Shown: positions 59,642 to 64,000 of the stretch, in pieces
Numbering within the stretch: position 1 is the stretch's first letter
Layout of the letters: every line of letters begins with the position of its first letter
Assembly (NCBI GenBank): GCA_963729625.1
Contig: CAVSOU010000011.1
Span: 64,001-128,000, forward strand
Length of the DNA stretch: 64,000 nt
Direction of reading: 5' to 3'
Source: an uncultured bacterium
GTDB lineage: Bacteria; Chloroflexota; UBA5177; JANWHV01
The notes under the pieces: generated by a model
Seen by the model: only the letters and a program-made list of their open reading frames with translations
What the model was told of the DNA's origin: nothing
Databases searched by the model: none
Made by a program: the position numbers and the translations under genes

Positions 59642-60241
59642 ATGCGACAGGTTTCAGTGCTACTTGCCATCGCGTCGTCTATGCTCCACGCGAAGGTTCG
59701 GTCTGAGGTGATGGCGGACCCTGCGTTGGAGCTCGTGGGCGACGCAAGCACGCCACTGCAGGCCATCGCGCAGACAAGGCGCCTTGAGCCGAGGATCGTG
59801 TTATGCGATCAGGATATGCTTGCCGGCGGCCAGATGGCCGTCCTCGCGCAGCAGACCGTGGTGGTATCGCTGCTGGTGTTGGTCACGCCGGACGATGAAA
59901 CCTGGCTGCCGCGATTGTCCGTGCCGGTCGCGGGAACGGTGTCGGCGCACCACAGGCCCGGCGACCTGGCCAACAAGCTGAAGGCGATCATCGACGCTCC
60001 GGCCGCGTCCGTTGAGCCCGCATTGCTGCAGCCCAAAAGCGCTGGACCGCTGGACAAAGCGCAGGATCTCAAGCCGCTCCCCTACGACCCAAGCCAATTG
60101 CCGAGTCTCCCCGCCGAACTGGCTCCGTGGGCGTCACTCAGTCACTTCCAGATACCCGCGCCGGCTGGTGCATATGGGTTTCCCGCGCCGAAGGACACGT
60201 CACTGCTGAAGAGGGTATTCGGGGAGTCCGGCAAGTTGTAG
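59642..60241 (+). CDS. Degenerate receiver-like domain protein
   Basis: LELVGDA...L.P.IVLCD receiver pattern lacking the acidic pair; Pro-rich tail. Confidence 0.6.
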   Translation: MRQVSVLLAIASSMLHAKVRSEVMADPALELVGDASTPLQAIAQTRRLEPRIVLCDQDMLAGGQMAVLAQQTVVVSLLVLVTPDDETWLPRLSVPVAGTVSAHHRPGDLANKLKAIIDAPAASVEPALLQPKSAGPLDKAQDLKPLPYDPSQLPSLPAELAPWASLSHFQIPAPAGAYGFPAPKDTSLLKRVFGESGKL

Positions 60242-60319
60242 AGCTGATCGTTCTGCGCGCCCTGATCGCGATACGGAGTCCGTTTCGACGACTGAGCTGA
60301 TGCATCGCCTTGGTGCTCG

Positions 60320-60652
60320 ATGGACGACTGGATGCCGTTGGCGCTGCGCATGGCAAGTGGCGCGCTCCGAGCCAACGTGCGCCAGGGGGACGTGGCGTGC
60401 CGCCTTGAAGGTTTGGGCTTCGCGCTGGTGCTTCCAGGTGTCGAGGTGAGCTCGATCTCGGAACCGCTTCAGCGCCTGCACGCCGCGCTCAGGCTCGTCC
60501 GTGCCCATCACAACAGTGGCGGTGAAGCTCTCGACGCGGGGGTCGGCATGGGATTCTGGACCCCCGACGTCGCTCCGTCACTCGCGCTCCGGACGGCATT
60601 GCAAGAGACTGCGGCTATTCGCGCCCGCGAACGGGCCGGTACGGCGTTATAG
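60320..60652 (+). pseudogene. Degenerate GGDEF-like domain fragment
   Basis: VRQGDVACRLEGLGFALVLP aligns to R..D...R.GGDEF...LP; N-terminal part lost. Confidence 0.55.
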
Positions 60653-60975
60653 ATCATCGGCGAGTCCCACCTTCATCGTGTACCAGAGCGCATTGCCCTC
60701 CTGGGACGCGCACCGACGGACTCCTCGAGCCCTGAAGCGGTTCTGCCACGCAAGCATCACTCTCCGGCCGGGAGCCACGAGCGTAGCCGCCCGTGTTGTT
60801 CATTAATCCCGCAGGACGCACCCATCATCCAAAGCCGGATGCACCACGTTCAGGCATGCGGCCAAGTGGGACGGTGGCGTCACATTCGATTTCGCCAACG
60901 ACGCATATGCCAGGCTGTGTGCCGAGGCGAACGGCGGGAGTTGTTCTCCTACACCAAGCAAAGAGGCAGCCCGCC

Positions 60976-61068
60976 TCATTGGTTGAGTGCGGTGCGCACG
61001 TCGGCAATATCCATCAATGCCATGTTGCAGACAACCCGATCAAATCCCGCATCCGGGAACACGGCCAG
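60976..61068 (-). pseudogene. Internal fragment of a class I SAM methyltransferase
   Basis: LAVFPDAGFDRVVCNMALMDIADVRTALNQ*. Confidence 0.6.
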
Positions 61069-61363
61069 GCACTGGCTCAAATGCGTGCACGGTCAGGGCA
61101 GGGTTCTGCAGCTTGGCGAAGAGCGAGAACAACCCGACGTTGGCGCCCACGTCAAAGACGTAGCGGCAGTCGGCGAGCGAGAGGCCGGAGCCCAGGTAGT
61201 CCTGCCAAAGAAAGATCTCGTTGTAGATAGCGGCCGTCTCGATATGTCCTTCGCGGCTGTAGCAGCGGAAGCCGTCCGGAAAGGTGAGCAGGCTGAGCCC
61301 GTCAGCGGCTGCATCGATCGCACACGGCATGGCGGCGATGTACAGTTCCTTGGGGCGATGCAA
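61067..61363 (-). pseudogene. N-terminal fragment of an FkbM-family methyltransferase
   Basis: IYNEIF...Y, VFDVGANVGLFSL and HAFEPVP, then abrupt loss of similarity. Confidence 0.8.
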
Positions 61364-61440
61364 GGCCAGGCTGACAGGATCTCAAGCACGACGACGACGA
61401 ACCAACGCGCGAAGGCCAGAGCTGCCCATGCACCTCTGGC

Positions 61441-61998
61441 CTACCACGTCTCCTCGCCGAAGTACAACGGCGTGCTCCCGAACGCATCGCGGGCACGTTG
61501 ACCCTTGGACGAAAGGACGAGCAGCATCATGACTTCCCGGCTTCGCTCAGGAGCATTCATGTCCCCTATGAGGGTCGTCACTTCATCCATGGCTATCCAG
61601 CCGCTTGCCGCGTAGAAGTCGCAGAGCGGGTGAGCGCAATACAAGATGCCGAGATCGGCGTCGGTCGCCCGGATGTACGCCGTGCCTGCCTCGACAATCC
61701 GCCGACCATAGCCCAGATCGCGGAAGGACGGATACGTGAACACGTCGCACAGTCCCGCCACCGTGTACGTCTCGCCGGCGTGCTCGAGGGTCTTCCATCG
61801 CACCTCGGTATGGCCGATCAACACGCCTTCCTCCACGAGCACGATGTGCCGCGTCCGTGCAGGGTCGGAGCTGATCCAGGTGCGCAGTCGATTCGGACCG
61901 CAGAACCCCTCCGGCCAGACCACGCGCAGGAATGAGACGATCTGGCAGTGCAGCGCGGCCGGCAACGTCTCGCTAGTATACAGCTGCTGCTCGACCAT
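61441..61998 (-). CDS. GNAT N-acetyltransferase
   Basis: VFTYPSFRDLGYG and FYAASGW; GGAGG RBS before MVEQQ. Confidence 0.88.
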   Translation of the reverse strand: MVEQQLYTSETLPAALHCQIVSFLRVVWPEGFCGPNRLRTWISSDPARTRHIVLVEEGVLIGHTEVRWKTLEHAGETYTVAGLCDVFTYPSFRDLGYGRRIVEAGTAYIRATDADLGILYCAHPLCDFYAASGWIAMDEVTTLIGDMNAPERSREVMMLLVLSSKGQRARDAFGSTPLYFGEETW

Positions 61999-62581
61999 GG
62001 TCCTCCGCTTGGGGCAAGCACGACGGGCCGTCGGCATCCTAAGGCTCAGTATAGCCACACCCGCGAAGCGAGCTGGACCACGACCCCCTGTGTGTGGCAC
62101 AGGCACGTTTCACGGAGAATTGATCAGGCGACTCGGTGGAAATCACATTGGATCGAACGCCTCGGCCAGTGCCGGAAAGACCTCTCCAACCTTGGTGCAA
62201 CATGCCTTTGCCCTAAACGGCACTGTGCTTGCTCCGCCGGCCACTGCATTTCTATTCGGCAACCTCAGGCATACGAGTTGCCCTGTTTTGGGCAGACGGA
62301 TGCTACACATGGTCATCGAATGCACAACGCGTGATGACGGCGCAAAGCCTTACATGGCATGACCTCACTGGCCACCGAGATCGTGCAGGCTGGCCGTTCC
62401 AAGGCCTGTGCAAGATCACGCTACCCAAAACACGCTCAACGCCTCAACTTGGACATGTCGCTTGATCCTGCATGTTACGCTATCAGTGGTCAAGCCGGTA
62501 CGCTCTCGCCGTGTGTGCGGCGAAAGAATCGTTGTGCTTGTCGCGCTGCCGGAGATTGGCACGCGAGCTGGAGGTATGTCC

Positions 62582-63457
62582 ATGCTGGTCGGCACGGCGT
62601 CTGTCAATTGGGGCTTCGACCCACTGTACTACTGGACCAATCCACCCTCGTTCGAGCAGATGCTGGGCGAGATGGCCGAGAGCGGCTACGCCGGCACCGA
62701 GATAAGCTACCATTTCCCTACCGATATACCTGCGCTGACGGCGGATCTCGCCCGGCACGGGCTCCTGGCGGGAGCCACGTTCCACGAAGTCGAATTGCTG
62801 GATCCCGCACGGCATGATGCCGAGCTTGCACGTGTCGTTCCCGTGGCCGATCGGCTACAGGCGTTGGGCTGCGATGTGCTAATTCTGGCCGACCACACCT
62901 CACCGGAGCGCTTGGCCGTAGCGGGCCGAGTCAATCCCGATGGCAGCGACGGGCTCGATGAAGACCGCTGGCAGAGCCTCGCGACAGGCTTGAACCGCAT
63001 CGGGAAGCTGCTGCGTGATCGCCACATGCGCGCCGTGTTCCATCCGCATGTGGGCACCTACGTGGAGACGCGCGAGGAGATCGACCGCCTCTGCGCGTTC
63101 ACCGATCCGGAGCTGCTCGGCCTGTGCCCGGATACGGGCCACCTCGCGTACGCCGGAGCCGACGCCGAGTCGGTCTTCGTGGACTATGCATCGCGAGTCT
63201 GGTACGTGCACCTCAAGGATGTCGACGCCGGGAAGCTCGACTACGTGCGTGCCGAACGCATGGACTTTGCCGCAGCGGTCAAGAGCGAGCTCTTCGTTCC
63301 TCTCGGCGATGGGTGTGTGGACATGGATCGCATCTTCGGCTCCCTGCGAGAGGTGAGCTATGACGGGTGGATCATCGTCGAGCAGGATGCGCCGTCCGAT
63401 CCGCTGTACGCCGCGAAGAAGAGCAGAGCGTTTCTGAGGGATAGGTTCGGGCTTTAG
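62582..63457 (+). CDS. IolE-like sugar phosphate isomerase/epimerase (TIM barrel)
   Basis: HPHVGTYVET, DTGH, HLKD and IVEQD; GGAGG RBS. Confidence 0.88.
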   Translation: MLVGTASVNWGFDPLYYWTNPPSFEQMLGEMAESGYAGTEISYHFPTDIPALTADLARHGLLAGATFHEVELLDPARHDAELARVVPVADRLQALGCDVLILADHTSPERLAVAGRVNPDGSDGLDEDRWQSLATGLNRIGKLLRDRHMRAVFHPHVGTYVETREEIDRLCAFTDPELLGLCPDTGHLAYAGADAESVFVDYASRVWYVHLKDVDAGKLDYVRAERMDFAAAVKSELFVPLGDGCVDMDRIFGSLREVSYDGWIIVEQDAPSDPLYAAKKSRAFLRDRFGL

Positions 63458-63687
63458 GCATAGCAACGCCGCCGATGCTCGTGAGCGTGAGCAACCGGAG
63501 GTCCGGTTCCTGCTGCAGCGCCCGTCCGGCCCCGCTCCCCTGTTCTCATCCCGGCAGTGCGTTAAGCGCCACCGGCGGCGCTGCGAACGAATCCGGGACC
63601 TTGCCGACCGCTCGCGGAGCGCAGCGGCCGGGAGCGTCGCGATTGGAAGACCTTCGCTGCTCACCCCGTTCAGTGCAGTCAGAGGAG

Positions 63688-63737
63688 CAGCACATGGTGG
63701 GCACCGAGCAAGGAGTTCCCGGGTGCCCACCGTGCTG
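63688..63737. terminator. Hairpin between convergent genes
   Basis: CAGCAC-at-GGTGGGCACC ... GGTGCCCACC-GTGCTG. Confidence 0.45.
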
Positions 63738-63748
63738 TGATGAGCGCC

Positions 63749-64000
63749 TCAGGATGCGGGCGGGGCGAAGACGATGGGGCGGAGGAATTCGGCCGCCTTG
63801 CGCGTCCCTTCCTCAAGGCCCATCAGCGGATCCTCGTGCTCGATGCTCAGCACCCCGTCATAGCCGGTCATGGCCAGCACGCTAATGAAGTCCCGCCACC
63901 AGCCGGCGTCGTGCCCGTAGCCCACGGCGCGGAAGACCCACGACATGCGATCGGGCACCGCGGGAAGTGTGGTATCCAGGCAGCCGTTGACGGCGGTGTT
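63749..64000 (-). CDS. Sugar phosphate isomerase/epimerase, C-terminal part (runs off the window)
   Basis: W.FRAVGYGH..WW..F...GYDGVLSIEHED. Confidence 0.85.
   Translation of the reverse strand, partial: NTAVNGCLDTTLPAVPDRMSWVFRAVGYGHDAGWWRDFISVLAMTGYDGVLSIEHEDPLMGLEEGTRKAAEFLRPIVFAPPAS

Noticed and set aside
61441-61998. Aminoglycoside acetyltransferase resistance gene
   Set aside because: Only generic GNAT motifs; substrate cannot be assigned from sequence.

Overview
GC-rich bacterial chromosomal window, about 45 genes. Gene content (GDP-mannose pyrophosphorylase/mutase fusion, S51 peptidase-CysS_C fusion, DnaJ-vWA protein, FRD-type Ser/Thr kinase, ParB/DUF4032 protein, several secreted beta-propellers) suggests a Chloroflexota-like organism; this is inference, not a marker-gene call. 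No rRNA, tRNA, CRISPR array, prophage or intact transposase was seen. Housekeeping genes (mutM, murA, RluA-type synthase, DedA, UbiA, sugar enzymes, two-component genes) alternate with surface or envelope genes and many short gene scraps. Four single-base frame breaks in otherwise intact genes point to sequencing or assembly indels. The best candidate for an undescribed system is a coupled minus-strand five-gene operon (51079-57070): alpha/beta hydrolase, membrane protein, acyl-AMP ligase fused to ACP-like and PlsC-like domains that both lack their key residues, acyltransferase-3, and DUF998. It may be an envelope deacylation/reacylation module. Also notable are a DnaJ-vWA/kinase/CYTH locus and three structured intergenic elements. 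All family calls come from motif recognition by eye; no searches were run.
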